NCBI GenBank assembly: GCA_964016885.1
Contig: OZ024761.1
Coordinates: 62,001-126,000 of the forward strand
DNA length: 64,000 bases
Origin: Eledone cirrhosa
Lineage: Eukaryota
Reading direction: 5' to 3'
The notes beneath the pieces were generated by a model. The model made no database searches, was not told where the DNA came from, and worked only from the letters and a program-made list of their open reading frames with translations. Within the stretch, counting starts at the first letter, position 1. The number at the start of each line of letters is the position of its first letter. Below, piece by piece: positions 43,075-60,798 of this stretch. The translations under genes and the position numbers were made by a program.

Positions 43075-43925
43075 ATTGTTATACTTGGGGAGGGTCATAT
43101 TTGTGTAATATTGCCAGAATTAATAACAGAACACACTCACTGTTTGGTTGGTTTTCGCTTCTGTGTCTTTTATATCGGTTAATTTAATTTATTCGGTCCT
43201 CAGTGTTACCATTGACTGACCAACGGTAAAAAATACAGATATAATATAGACACAAAGACATATATATAGTCTAACAAAGCTCTTTCGTTGCACCGCTACA
43301 ACATCGTCAGTGGTGCTATTATGTTTCCTCCTGTTGTATTGTATGCCTACGCCATCTTTATTTAGTCTGTTTATTTATTTATTTATTTTTTTGTCTTCTC
43401 TGCGCATGCGTTTGCGTGTGTGTATAGTGTTTGATGTGTGTTCGTGTTTGGGTGACTGTGTATTGGTTATTGTATTCTATCTAAGTTTACTAGTGTGTGT
43501 TTATATGTGTTTGTTGTTATTGTGCTTGTGTATTTATTTATTTATTTATTTATTTATACTTCTCTTAGGTCAGTATTGTCTGTTTGGGTGTTGTTGTTAT
43601 TCCATTCATTTTTTCTGTTTAGCCTTGGCCTTCTAAGTTCTATTTCGCTGGCCTCTCTGATTTGCCTATCTGCTGGGTCATTTCTATGTTTAGATATTAT
43701 TCTAATTTCTATGTTGTCTATGTTACCGTCGTGTTGTTGTCTGGCATGTTCGTATAGTACTGAATAAATAAATAAACAGACTAAATAAAGATGGCGTAGG
43801 CATACAATACAACAGGAGGGAACATAATAGCACCACTGACGGTGTTGCAGATGTGCAACGAAAGAACTTTGTAAGACTATATATATGTGTTTGTGTCTAT
43901 ATATCTGTATTTTTGACCATTGGTC
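43075..43925 (-). mobile_element. Penelope-like element family F: endonuclease C-terminus, 3' pseudo-LTR with HHR (43274-43313) and an inverted pseudo-LTR at the 5' truncation (43765-43925)
   Basis: Typical 5'-truncated PLE architecture; homolog at 19080-19635. Confidence 0.85.
43554..43760 (-). pseudogene. PLE GIY-YIG endonuclease C-terminal half
   Basis: VLYEHARQQHDGNIDNIEIRIISKHRNDPADRQIREASEIELRRPRLNRKNEW..* carries the H...H / R..REA..I....P.LN signature. No start codon, so it is absent from the ORF track. Confidence 0.8.
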
Positions 43926-44136
43926 ACATTAACTGTGACCGACTGTCTTTCTACAGATATAATTAATGTCCAGCGTCCTTTGCAGCTATGGAGATTTGAC
44001 AGTTTTATTACCCTAACTGAAGCTGATAGCAGTCACCGTATTTCTGACTACTGGATCTTCATATGAGGGAATAAACTCTGTGAGTGAACATTGCTAATTT
44101 TCTCCCTCATATCAATAATTTGAAGACAATTCATTT

Positions 44137-44210
44137 TCACCTGATGAGATCAGTGATAATTGATCATGGCTTTACGATCGATCTATCTCTAATTGAAATA
44201 TGTGTCGTGA
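44137..44210 (+). ncRNA. Type-I hammerhead ribozyme with a long stem II
   Basis: TCAC-CTGATGA-GATCAGTGATAATTGATC..GATCGATCTATCTCTAATT-GAAA-TATGTG-TC^GTGA. Confidence 0.8.
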
Positions 44211-44383
44211 TTAAAATGATTGGAATTTTACCTTGCCTTCAGATTTTCATTTTGATACTTATACTCCGTTTTACATCATCTAGCTGTTCCCTTGAATGGA
44301 ATTGGAGATATACAAAAGCGTGGAGAACTTAATATTGCTAACATAAATTTATTGGACCGTTTTACACAACCAATAATACACCT

Positions 44384-44857
<474 letters not shown>

Positions 44858-45005
44858 ATAGCATGTATATATATATATGAATGAATCTATAAGTATATAC
44901 GCCTTAAATGTACGGAAGCGCAATGATCCATTCTAGGGGGACAGCTGATGCGTGACGTCGATGTTTTTGCCTGTCCTTTCCAAAGTTCAATATTTCCATA
45001 TATTA

Positions 45006-45057
<52 letters not shown>

Positions 45058-45659
45058 TTTTGTTTGATACGTTTGTATATTTATTTACTTTTTTTGTCTT
45101 TTATCTTCATTCCCCTGTGCACCTAATATTTGGTGTTACTGCATCTCTGAGTTTGTCTTATTTATTATTGAACTATATATATATGAGTGTGTGTGTGTGT
45201 GTGTGTATTTATATATGTGTGTGTATTTATATATGTGTATGTGGTGTTTATATATATGTGTGGGTGTGTGTGTGTATTTATATATATGTGTGTATATATT
45301 TATATATATGTGTGTGTATATATTTATATATATATGAATGTGTATATATTTATATGTGTGTGTGTATATATTTGTGTGTGTGTGTGTGTGTGTATACACA
45401 CATGTGTGTGTGAGTGTGTGTATAATGTGTTCTGTATGGAAAAAGAAATGTGAAAGAGATAACAGTGGTGATGGTGTTGAAAGTTTTGGTGGTGGTGGTG
45501 TTGAAGGTTTTGGTGGTCGTGTTGATGGTCTTGGTGGCAGTGTCGCTGTTCGTGGCGAGAGTGGTGGTGTCGATGTTGTTGATGGTGGTGTTGGTGTTCA
45601 TATTGTTGATGGTGGTGTTACATCTCCAAGCTGGTGGTGGCGGTGGTGGTGTTGGTAAT

Positions 45660-46310
45660 GATATGACGGAATTAGTAGAGCACCAACGGCCGAGATACCT
45701 TGTGAGATATGTTACGAGACGTCTCGTTCTGAGTTCAAATCTCACCAAGATTTATTACGCCTAGTTTCAATATCCTTCAATGTAAGCATGATCAATTATT
45801 CATCATAAACATAGAACACAGTATCAAATACAAGACAGTATATTTCACAGTTTGTTATTAAAACTTCATCTTATATATTGCCCTCTATATTATATGCATA
45901 AAATCATTTTTTTAATTTTTAAATGCTCAACCATAGATTTTCAGTTGAAACATCCATTTGCATTTAAAAACTGCGCTTTTTGCTCTGGGATGGGGGCCTT
46001 TAAAAGAAAGTTACCAGTCCATGGTTGTGGTATGAAGTGGTGCGGAGTGGTGGTGGTGGTATGGTAGAATTGGTAGAGCATCGGCCGAGATACCTTGCGG
46101 TATATGTTACAGCACTTGGCGTTCTGAGTTCAAGTCCCGCCAAGGTCGATTACGCCTTCATTAATACCAGGGACAGGATGGGTGGGGGGTGTATAAAAGG
46201 AAGTTTCTAGTCCATGGTGGTGGTGGTGGTGGAATTGGTAGGGCGTTGGACTAGATGCCATGTGGTATATATTACAACATTTTGTGTTCTGAGTTCACAT
46301 CCCGCAAAGA
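45660..46310 (+). mobile_element. Three S1 SINE heads (45660-45762, 46060-46160, 46228-46306)
   Basis: GAATTGGTAGAGC (A box) and GTTCTGAGTTCAA.TCCCGCC (B box). Confidence 0.7.
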
Positions 46311-47188
46311 AATGTTTGGATAAGTTCAACAATGTATTCATATATATATATATATAAACAAACAAAATACGTGGTGATCACAGCTGGAACGCCTTTGATC
46401 ATGGGTGTCTTGAAACAGAACTGACCATGGGCTAAACAGCAACAACAACAACAACAAATGAATCTGTGTCTTTACGTAGTCGCTATATCTGCTAGAAGTA
46501 ACTGGCAAATCTCCCTCGAAATACATACTACCGCATGAAATATAAAGGCACACTTGATAATGTGGTCCTAGATATACAATGTCCCAACACAATAATACTC
46601 ACTCACACATACTCAAACTCACTCACACTCACACGCATTCACTCACTCACTTACCCACTCTAACACATTTACTCACTCACTCATACATTCACTCACGCAT
46701 ACAGACACACTCACTCGCTCACTCTATGCATCGTCTGTTAGTCGGCGACTAAACCAGCTGGTTTAGTCGTATGCTTGGCGAGGAGAGTGAATTTGGACAC
46801 CCCGCGGGATGGCAAACAAAACCCGTCAAGGGGCGGAGTAATTGAAGAGAGTCAACGGCCATCCAATAAAATGTGTTGTTGCAAAGCCTTTCCGCACTTG
46901 AAAAAGCTTCAAACACAGGCATTGCTTGATATGTTACGTTTTTTGTTGGCCACAGTTAAGTCTCTAGCGGGACTTAAAAGCCACGTCCGGGATGCTCATA
47001 CTTAAGTATCAAGCGATGGCATTACTCGAAATCGAGTTGCAACCGTCATATATGTATAACAAATATCTTCATTTATACACATACAAACAAACACATACAT
47101 ATATCAACATGTAATAAACAGACGTTTTCATTCATACATTTACATACATACATTTACATACATATATTTACATACATACACACACATA

Positions 47189-47375
47189 CAAGAGTGAGCT
47201 GAAAATATCAGACGAATGATGCTGAAGCTGTGAAACCTTGTATGCATTAATTTCAAAACTTCTTATTAATAACTGCATTGTTTCTTTCTAGAAACTTTGT
47301 TGATAAAAATAGACCTCATTTGGTCATTCCATGTGAGAATCTTGGCCAGCCTATGGACTTTTCGGTCGACCATCG
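47189..47375. mobile_element. Degenerate mariner-type MITE
   Basis: Imperfect TIRs TA|CAAGAGTGAGCTGAAAA ... TTTTCGGTCGACCATCG|TA. Confidence 0.4.
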
Positions 47376-48137
47376 TATATGCAAACGAGTCCCAGATGCC
47401 TAAAATAACTTTAATAATTGTCGAAAAAAAGAAGACAGAGTTGCTTCTCATCGTCTCTAAGGATAATTATATGCCCAATATACTCAGCGGAGGCTCTGAA
47501 AGTAGGCGCTATAGCCCCACAGGGGGCGCTGAGAAGGCCCAGAGGGCGCTGACGCGAGTCGGTAGAGATGGTATAATAGTATATTAAATATCAAATGATA
47601 CATATAATATATAAATATAGTAAAATAAAAAATATAAAATATTTATCTATTTATACATAGTATATATCATAATATTTATTGTATATAAAATAACGATTTT
47701 ATTTGTGATATATATTACAATTTAATGCGTGTGGGGCAGGTCTACTAGCAGAACCACCAAACAACAGTAAAACCATAGTAAATAAATTACACAGTAATTC
47801 ATGGTTGGGGCCGTTGAGGGTATTACATATCCGTGCCGGGGGGTGGGCCAGGTTGGGACTATTCAAAAGTCCACTGTGACCTCTGATCTAGAATGATCCA
47901 CTGTTGTTTCAAGACACACCCAACCGCAAAACATTGAAGCATGAAGACTAGTATGTCTGTACGTATGTAAGGTATGTAAGTTCGTAGTATGTACGTTATG
48001 TAAAGTTAAGTATGTATGTAAGTAAGTATGAATGAAATTCGTTTCAAATTTTCCGTTATGTAAGTTCAATATATATGTATGTACATAATGAAATCAGATT
48101 CTAAATACATATACGAGACGGGCATATATACATATAT

Positions 48138-48241
<104 letters not shown>

Positions 48242-48432
48242 TAGGTAATTCCGAAGGAAAAGCAAAGGAAAAAAGAGTGCTCTATGCATAGAACAGAGCT
48301 ATTTAATTAGAAAGTGAACAACACAAAATATAACTACTCCATTACCAAAGGTTTCTGGATCACAGACAATAATATATACGTCTGGATCGGTCATCAAATA
48401 GAGATGTTATATATATATATATATATATATAT

Positions 48433-48627
48433 AACGAAGGAAATGTGATAAGGAACCAGGTGGACCATAACGCACCAAAGTACTCAATACTTGGGGTAGT
48501 AGAGTGGGTAATAGGAACCAGTAAGACCCCGACGGCTGAGCTCAAGCCGTTTCAACGGCTAATTCTGGACGCAGAATTAGCCGTCGAAACGGCTTGAGCT
48601 CAGCCGTCGGGGTCTTACTGGTTCCTA
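48433..48627 (-). mobile_element. Family B fold-back element
   Basis: As 58358-58555, in reverse orientation and flanked by (TA)n. Confidence 0.9.
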
Positions 48628-48748
48628 TATATATATATAGAGAGAAAATTGAGGTTGGTAATGGCACATGGAATATATAAGAGACAGAATACTTTTTTGT
48701 GAAAAAACATATAATTTTATAAGGTAAGGAAATAATAAAGGGTATAAA

Positions 48749-48796
48749 AAAATGACCGGTTTCGATGGGTCTGCAAAAGCCATCTTTTCAAATGTT
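48749..48796 (-). ncRNA. Variant hammerhead with a U3-A8 core, second family
   Basis: AACAT-TTGAAAA-GATGG-CTTTTGCAGAC-CCATC-GAAA-CCGG-TC^ATTTT. Confidence 0.65.
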
Positions 48797-48857
48797 GATT
48801 AATATTAAGAAAAATTAATAATAAAAATCTATATATATATATATATATATATATATA

Positions 48858-48963
48858 ATCTTGAGGTTGTGAGTTCGATTCCCGGACCTGGCTTTGCGTT
48901 GTGTTCTTGAGCAAAACATTTTATTTCGCGTTGCTTCAGTTCACTCAGCTGTAGAAATGAGTT
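48858..48963 (+). mobile_element. CORE-type SINE (S2) fragment
   Basis: GAGTTCGATTCCC..GTTCTTGAGCAAAACA..CTCAGCTGTAGAAATGAG. Confidence 0.7.
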
Positions 48964-49381
48964 TACCCAACTATGAGTTAAATAGCCTCACCAACCCTCA
49001 AATGGCCTATTGTGATGAGTTTGGTTACACCCCTGACATGACCTAAACCCAAACAGAAAACGGTGGAGGGCAATGACGGAGCGGTTCCTCCGACAGGAGT
49101 GAAAAAGCTCTGGATTAAAATGTATATATATATATATATGTATATTTATATATATATATACTTATATATATATATATATTATATATATATATATATATTC
49201 ATATATATAAATATATATAAATATATATAAATATATATATGTATGTATGTTTATGTATTTATACCTATATATATTATATTTATTTATGTTCACACATGGT
49301 GCAAGAACGATATTTTACTACACACGCGTACACACACGCACACACACACACACACACACACAGGCACACACACACACACAG

Positions 49382-49493
<112 letters not shown>

Positions 49494-49532
49494 TACCTTT
49501 ACGTATATAGACTTAGTTAGCACTCAATATAC

Positions 49533-49659
49533 TGTTTCTACTTTTGACACAGGGTCAGCAATTAACCAGTACATTACTGGTACTTTATTTAATCGACCCC
49601 GTAAGAATGAAAGGCAATGTTTACCTCGACGGGATTTGAACTCAGACAGTAAAGAGACG

Positions 49660-49665
<6 letters not shown>
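49533..49665 (-). mobile_element. S1 SINE fragment
   Basis: Shared tail, central domain and B box. Confidence 0.7.
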
Positions 49666-49730
<65 letters not shown>

Positions 49731-49779
49731 CTAAGGAGAGAAATATATTTATAAATATATTTGTATATATATATATATG

Positions 49780-50887
<1,108 letters not shown>

Positions 50888-51764
50888 TTTACCAGTTTTA
50901 AACTAGTAAGACTATTATTCGGAAGAGTACTCTATACTTGGGATACTAGATTGCAGCTATATTTATTTTATTATGGCTAAACAGTGAGTCTTGTTACCTT
51001 AGATTTTCGCCTGCATCTCATATGGACATCACACAAACACATACACGTGTCTTTATATATACATATGTACATATATGTGGGATGAGTCCAAGAAACTTCA
51101 AATTACTGAGATTATCTTCTCAATTAAATGACAAGAACTCCCTTTAAGCGAGTATAAAATCGAACATACATATTTTTATAAAAAATATTTATATTTCGGA
51201 GAGAGAACGCCCTTCGACAACAATAAATTTCCATATATTTCTATCAGTTTCCACTTTTAATACCAATTTAGTGATACGAACATTGATGTACAGTATTTTA
51301 CTCAGAACCTCGAACGTATTCGTGTGCGTAGTGATGCGACTACCTCCATATATCACCTGGTGTTTTATTTTACTTCTACCGTATATCAACAGTAAAATCG
51401 AGTGGCGCCGATAAAGGCAACGTGTGTCTATATATTTTTATGAACGACTGACAGTTAGAATCTCTACCATCTCCGGAGAATATAGGGAATACATTATATA
51501 GCTTGGTTTTATTTTCCTGTCTCATGGTTTTTCTTCTTGTTGTCTTCGTAATGTTTTCGCGCGACTTATTTAACATTATTTACATTTGTGTGTATATGTA
51601 TATATTTTGTATGTCTGTATATATTTCTATGTGCAAATATGTACATATTGTGTATGTCTGTATATATTTCTATGTATAATTATATGTGCATATGTGTGTG
51701 TATATGTATAGGTGTATATACATGTATCGGTATATGCATATATAGGTATATATACGTAAGTATT

Positions 51765-51936
<172 letters not shown>

Positions 51937-52073
51937 TATATATTTAGGGTAAACATTGATGCAATTCAATTCAAGCACTCAACGTACTTTTTCCACATAG
52001 GAGTGACGGAGTGAATATCGAATAAGTAAAAGCGAAGTAGTTTCAGATGTTCAAGTCCTTTAATAATAATGCT

Positions 52074-52135
<62 letters not shown>

Positions 52136-52324
52136 TGTATGTAAGCATATATATATATACGGCTGTATGTAGGCATATATATATATATATATGGGTGTAT
52201 GTAGGCATATATATAAAGGTGTGTATAGGTATATGTAAATATATTGGTATATGTAAGTATATATATATATATATATATATTGGTGTATGTAAGTATATAT
52301 ATATATATACTGGTGTATGTAGGT

Positions 52325-52360
<36 letters not shown>

Positions 52361-52459
52361 TGGTATATGAAGGTATATATATATAAATTGGTTTAAGTTT
52401 GGATATATATATATATGTGAATATATTTATAAGTATATATGGATATATATATATACAAA

Positions 52460-52513
<54 letters not shown>

Positions 52514-52515
52514 AA

Positions 52516-52566
<51 letters not shown>

Positions 52567-52809
52567 ATATATATAAATATGTCCTCACAGTTAGACATCT
52601 ATTGGTAAAGACATCAACGAAATAAGTAGCAGCAAATACACTCGTAAACCACAGACACAGACTTTGATATACCGATCTAATAATATTTTCTTCTTCAACG
52701 TAGTATTTCTTTCTTAAATTCCACTTGAAGAAATCTTCAACTTAAAAGCCTGCAATTTCAGTAGATTTCCACCGCGTTCTTATTGTCATAGCTTAGATAC
52801 CTTTATCGA

Positions 52810-52907
<98 letters not shown>

Positions 52908-52923
52908 TCTCTCTCTCTCTCTT

Positions 52924-52968
<45 letters not shown>

Positions 52969-53448
52969 ATATATATGTATATATATATATATGATGTGCA
53001 TATATATATACATATGTATGTATATATATATATGCTTATATATATATGGATGTATATATATATATATGCTTATATATATATGTATATATATATATATGTA
53101 TGTATATATATATATATGTATATATATATGCTTATATATATATGTATATATATGTATGTATATGTATATGCTTATATATATGTATATATATGCTTATATA
53201 TATATATGTATATATATATATAAGCATATATATATATATATGTATACATATATATGCTTATATATATATATATGTATATATATATATGTATATATGTATA
53301 TATATATGTATATATATATACTTATATATATACTTATATATGTATATATATATTTATACACATATATATGTATATATACTTATATATATGTATATATATA
53401 TATACTTATATATATATATATATAAATGTATATATATATACTTATATG

Positions 53449-53479
<31 letters not shown>

Positions 53480-53656
53480 GTATATAAGTATACATATATA
53501 TATATATGTATATATATATACTTATATATATATATACTTATATATATATATATATGTATATATACTTATATATATATATATGAGAATATATACTTATATA
53601 TATATATGTGTATATATATATATATATGTATATATATACTTATATAGATATATATG

Positions 53657-53724
<68 letters not shown>

Positions 53725-53890
53725 CATATATATATATATATGTATATATATATACATATATATATATATGTATATATATACATATATATATATGTATATA
53801 TAAATACTTATCTATATATATATATACTTATATATATATATATATATATACTTATATGTATATATAAATACTTATGTATATATATATATA

Positions 53891-53925
<35 letters not shown>

Positions 53926-54042
53926 TTATATGTATATATATATATACATATAAGTATATATACGTATTTATATATATATACTTATATATATACTTATATA
54001 TATATACTTATATATCTATATACTTATATGTATATATATATG

Positions 54043-54088
<46 letters not shown>

Positions 54089-54444
54089 AAACCGGTAAAG
54101 GAACCAAATAAATATATATATTTAAAAAAAAAATAAGACTCCAGTTGCATTTTCGATTTCATCTCTTTTTCTATATACTTATATATATACTTATATGTAT
54201 ATATATATACTTATATATATATGTAATATATATATACTTATATGAATATATATATATATTTATATATATATATATATACTTATATGTATATATATATAAA
54301 ATTATATATATGTATATATATATGTATATACATACACTTATATATATAGATGTATACTTATATATATATATATGTATATATATATACTTATATATATATA
54401 TATGTATTTATATATACTTATATATCTATATGTATATATATATA

Positions 54445-54490
<46 letters not shown>

Positions 54491-54689
54491 TATATATATA
54501 TACTTATATATCTATATCTATATATATATATATATACTTATATATATATGTATATATATATATTTATTAAAATAACAGATTAAAGTTTAAGCAAAGAATC
54601 GCTTGCTCTCCGGTTCTGATATATTTGATATATATTTTCCTTATCGAGCCCTCTCTGGATTTTAGTCTTCAATTTTATTATTACTACTA

Positions 54690-54721
<32 letters not shown>

Positions 54722-54747
54722 GACTATATATATACTTATATATATAT

Positions 54748-55190
54748 AATGAAAAATTGAACAGGGACAGAACAGAGAGGCAGTACGATAAATGTTTATT
54801 AAATTCACGCTCAGGAGAGTGGGGGTAGGTGGGGGACGACGTTTCGGGCATAAGCCCTTCTTCAGGTGAGAAGTGTGTGGGAACAGAGTTCAAAAGGTGT
54901 GTAGGGGAGTGGTGGAGAGACATATAGCGAAAGGAAACGGTGCGAATGAAAAATTAACAAATAAAGACAAAAATATAATAAATAATAAATAAAAATAAAG
55001 CATGATCAAAATACAAGGAATGAGAAAATTTAAAAATAAAGGCTTGATCAAAATAAACTGAAATTAAAAGGGGCGTAAATAAATAAATAAAATTCAAATT
55101 TGTATTATTGATGCTCTGAGCCAAGGTCCTTCGAGAAATTCTATAGAGAGAAACATAAGCATCGTACATATATATTTTATGAAACCTTAA
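54748..55190 (-). mobile_element. PLE-type pseudo-LTR with an HHR-like motif at 54835-54868
   Basis: CTGAAGA-A-GGGC-TTAT-GCCC-GAAA-CG-TC, with a weak stem I. The terminus is homologous (inverted) to 776-812. Confidence 0.55.
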
Positions 55191-55350
55191 CATAGTACAC
55201 ACACACACATATATATATGGCTATATATATATACATATGTACACATATATATATATATATACATATATATGACTATATATATATACATGTATATATATAT
55301 ATGACTATATATATACATGTATATATATATGACTATATATATATATATAT

Positions 55351-55538
55351 AACGAAGGAAATGTGGTAAGGAACCAGGTGGACCATGACGCACCAAAGTA
55401 CTCAATACTTAGGGTAGTAGAGTGGGTAATAGGAACAAGTAAGACCCCGACGGCTGAGCTCAAGCCGTTTCGTCGGCTAATTCTGTACTGAATTAGCCGT
55501 CGAAACGGCTTGAGCTCAGCCGTCGGGTCTTACTTGTT

Positions 55539-55542
<4 letters not shown>
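55351..55542 (-). mobile_element. Family B fold-back element
   Basis: Same unit, flanked by (TA)n. Confidence 0.9.
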
Positions 55543-55575
<33 letters not shown>

Positions 55576-55930
55576 CCTGGTTGAATCGGATGTAACCACA
55601 GTAAGTAAGGTACTCAATACATAGCAGAGTATAACAGTTTTAATATAGAAGGTATTCTACAGAACTAGAACCTGTTCATTCGTGAGAAATGATCAGGAAT
55701 CTCTTTCTCTCTTTCTCTGTCTCTCTCCTTCTCTCTCCTTCTCTCTCTCTATCTCTCTCTCTATATATATATGACTTTAACAGGACTAGAAACTGATTAC
55801 AACATACGAATGAAACAGTTCTAGTCTTGTAGAATTCATTTCTATATATGTAATATATACTCTACCATTCTCCTGCATAGCTTTTTTAACTGTGGTTTCC
55901 CTTCCTCAACATTACTCGGGAATATATATA

Positions 55931-55962
<32 letters not shown>

Positions 55963-56308
55963 CATAATGTGTGTGTGTGTGAACGCGTTTGTATGAGTGT
56001 CAGTGTGTGTGTGAAGAATGAAAACAAAATGCCAAGATTGGTACTTAATCAGTTCATTGTTTTACGATCGTTTCGTTAAGTTGATTGTTCATCATCATCG
56101 TATATATATATATATGATTCATGGTAATACTGAGGTTTTCCAATATAGACCCTACCATATATACATATTGTATATTTATATATATACAGTGGTATCTACC
56201 AGTATATATATATATTTATATATACAACCCAATATAATTATTCCATTTAGCTCTGTACTATACATAGACCACTGTTGTTCCTCTTTATCTTTTATACGGA
56301 AATACTTA

Positions 56309-56355
<47 letters not shown>

Positions 56356-56382
56356 CACTGGTATCTACCTATATATATATAT

Positions 56383-56539
56383 AACGAAGGAAATGTGGTA
56401 AGGAACCAGGTGGACCATAACGCACCAAAGTACTCAATACTTAGGGTAGTAGAGTCGGTAATAGGAACCAGTAAGACCCCGACGGCTGATTCTGTACGAA
56501 ACGGCTTGAGCTCAGCCGTCGGGGTCTTACTTGTTCCTA
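56383..56539 (-). mobile_element. Family B fold-back element with an internal deletion
   Basis: Same ends; the centre of the palindrome is partly deleted. Confidence 0.85.
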
Positions 56540-56714
56540 TATATATATATATATATATATATAGGGGTTTTAGAATCTGTTTATGGGAAGGTCCATGCCA
56601 TTGAGGTGGGGAATAACACCCTACACCTGAACGTAACCCCCACACATCAATATGTATGTATGTATGTATGTCTGTATGTGTTTGTGTGTGTGTGTGTGTG
56701 TGTCTGAATATATG

Positions 56715-56782
<68 letters not shown>

Positions 56783-56924
56783 TGTGTGTGCGTCTGAATG
56801 CGTTTGTATATGTGTGTATATATGTATGTATATATATATGTGTGTGTATCTGAATGTGTTTGTATGTATACATGTGTTTCTGTCTGTATGTATGTATGTA
56901 TATGTGTGTGTATCTGAATGTGTT

Positions 56925-56955
<31 letters not shown>

Positions 56956-56986
56956 GTGTGTATATTTGTGTGTGTCTAAATGTGTT

Positions 56987-57055
<69 letters not shown>

Positions 57056-57091
57056 ATATTTGTTTGTGTCTAAATGTGTTTGTATATTGTG

Positions 57092-57137
<46 letters not shown>

Positions 57138-57270
57138 TGAATGTGTTTGTATGTATGTGTCTTTGTTTGTATGTATGTGGGTGTGTATGAACGTGTGTGT
57201 GTATGTATGTGTATGTATACGCGTGTGTGTATGCATCAAGGTAAAAGTGCACTTGGTTTTATCTGTGAAT

Positions 57271-57315
<45 letters not shown>

Positions 57316-57412
57316 CTGGCTCCGGATGTATGGCGACGGCCATGCTGGAACATTATATTTGAAATGTGAATGAATGATACGTAGGTAGGATACATATATA
57401 TGTGTGAGTGTG

Positions 57413-57455
<43 letters not shown>

Positions 57456-57530
57456 TTGCATATATATATACATATATATATGTATATATATATACACATA
57501 CACATGTGTATATATACACATACATATATG

Positions 57531-57561
<31 letters not shown>

Positions 57562-57673
57562 GTATATATGTAAATATATAATCATATAAATCATATATTC
57601 ATATATAGGTATTTATGTGTATATATATGTATATATATATATACGTGTAGATATATATATATATATACACATG

Positions 57674-57718
<45 letters not shown>

Positions 57719-57838
57719 CATGTATATATACATGTACGTATATAGGTATATATATACATGTATATATGCATGTCTATATACATGTACATATATATACATG
57801 TATAAATATATATACATATATCCATACACAAACGCACG

Positions 57839-57884
<46 letters not shown>

Positions 57885-57939
57885 ATATATATAAATATAT
57901 ATATATATAAATATATATATATACATGTGTTTGTACATA

Positions 57940-57990
<51 letters not shown>

Positions 57991-58165
57991 GTATATATAC
58001 ATATACCTTATTTATATACATATAATTGTTTCTACTTTTGGCACAAGGCCAGCAATTACCCAGTACATTACATGAGAGCTTTATGTACACGGGTATACAC
58101 ACACGCACGTGTGTATGTCTATATATATTCATATATATAAATATATATATATATATATGTATATG

Positions 58166-58275
<110 letters not shown>

Positions 58276-58328
58276 GTTCTTGCTTTCCTCTTTATAAGTA
58301 CACCTTATCCACCAACTACACAGCCCCT

Positions 58329-58357
<29 letters not shown>

Positions 58358-58359
<2 letters not shown>

Positions 58360-58555
58360 GGAACCAGCAAGACCCCGACGGCTGAGCTCAAGCCGTTTCG
58401 ACGGCTAATTCTGGACGGTCCAGAATTAGCCGTCGAAACGGCTTGAGCTCAGCCGTCGGGGTCTTGCTGGTTCCTATTACCCACTCTACTACCCTAAGTA
58501 ATGAGTATTTTGGTGCGTTATGGTCCACCTGGTTCCTTACCACATTTCCTTCGTT
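58358..58555 (+). mobile_element. Family B fold-back element (partial copy also at 58931-58985)
   Basis: TAGGAACCAGCAAGACCCCGACGGCTGAGCTCAAGCCGTTTCGACGGCTAATTCTGGAC-G-GTCCAGAATTAGCCGTCGAAACGGCTTGAGCTCAGCCGTCGGGGTCTTGCTGGTTCCTA plus tail. Confidence 0.9.
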
Positions 58556-58600
58556 ATATATATATATATATATAGTATATATATATATATATATATAACG

Positions 58601-58635
<35 letters not shown>

Positions 58636-58849
58636 CTGAAACCGGTAATAGACAAATTATTAAATATATAATTAGATAAATAAATGCCATTGTTAATTAA
58701 TAAATAAATCAACTAATACCTCAACACTTCACACAAAGTAAAACATTTCGTGTTAATCATTTTCTAACCCAGAAAAAAAGAGAGAGTAAAATAGAAAGGG
58801 AAACAAATATATTTTTCTTCCTAATAATCGTCTTTTTCTCCCTGTTTTC

Positions 58850-58920
<71 letters not shown>

Positions 58921-58990
58921 CATATATATATAGGAACCAGTAAGACCCCGACAGCTGAGCTCAAGCCGTTTCGACGGCTAATTCATATAT

Positions 58991-59375
<385 letters not shown>

Positions 59376-59377
59376 AT

Positions 59378-59411
<34 letters not shown>

Positions 59412-59723
59412 ATATATATAGATATATATATGTATATATAGATATATTTGTATATATTTGTATATATAGATATATTTGTAGTAGTTACAATTGTGTTATT
59501 TACCTGGATTAGGATAATCAGTCGGTATAATCCATTCATAACTGTCTCGGTATTTAATCCAACGTTATCCTTCGTATTATCATGAATCCAAGTGTGTATA
59601 TGTCCGAAATACCGGTTAAACGCTACCTGAACCATATATATATACACATACACACACGTATCTATAAATCTGTGTGTATATTTATATATATCTACATACA
59701 TAAAGAAAGATGTACACAATAGA

Positions 59724-59770
<47 letters not shown>

Positions 59771-59784
59771 ATGTGTATATATAT

Positions 59785-59826
<42 letters not shown>

Positions 59827-59882
59827 GGAGGAGTGTTATCTATGTATATGTGTGTGTATGTATGTATATATATGTATATATG

Positions 59883-59922
<40 letters not shown>

Positions 59923-60237
59923 TTAAGGATTACATCTTCCTGATGAGAGTATATATCCGGACTGTTGGGAGGGACGGAGGGAAAGAGGTGGAGGTAGTGA
60001 TAGATATATAGATTGTTTGGGTTAAGCCTTTTAGATATGGTAAGAACTAAGAGAGAGTAGGGGAAGTAAGAGAGTGACAGGGAGAGGCCGAGCGTGAGGG
60101 GAAGAGGATGAGGGGGAAAAGAAGGGGAGGAGTCTGTTTTGTGTGTTATCATATAGCTATTTGTAATTTAACGTTGTGTGTGTCTACCAATATATGTGTG
60201 CGTATATTCATTTGTGTGTGTGTTGTAAGTACGTATA

Positions 60238-60302
<65 letters not shown>

Positions 60303-60360
60303 CTATGTGATTGTGTCTGTTCTTATATACACACATACACATAAAAAAACATACACATAT

Positions 60361-60421
<61 letters not shown>

Positions 60422-60618
60422 AATATATTTATTTCTGATACGCGTGTTCGTATTTACATACATGTAGAGAAATACCGATATATACCGATTCTATACATAC
60501 ATGGTATATACATACACTGTGTATATATATAGTGGTTTATACATTCGTAAGAAAAATAGTGGGGCATATATATCACTTATAGTGCTTCTCTCTCTCTCTC
60601 TCTTTCTCTTTTTCTCTC

Positions 60619-60654
<36 letters not shown>

Positions 60655-60657
60655 CCA

Positions 60658-60798
<141 letters not shown>

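Noticed and set aside
43949-44066. Possible + strand exon after TTTCTACAG (DIINVQRPLQLWRFDSF..)
   Set aside because: No recognisable homology, and it lies immediately upstream of an HHR within a probable PLE island.
46730-47050. GC-richer island with the palindrome CGACTAAACCAGCTGGTTTAGTCG, possibly a LINE 5' UTR or ribozyme
   Set aside because: No diagnostic ribozyme fold or downstream ORF could be shown.
47485-47877. Possible hAT/Charlie-like MITE
   Set aside because: The GC-rich ends are suggestive, but TIRs and a TSD could not be established.
59933-59975. HHR-like CTGATGAGAG..
   Set aside because: The GAAA half is missing (reads GGAC) and the stems are weak.
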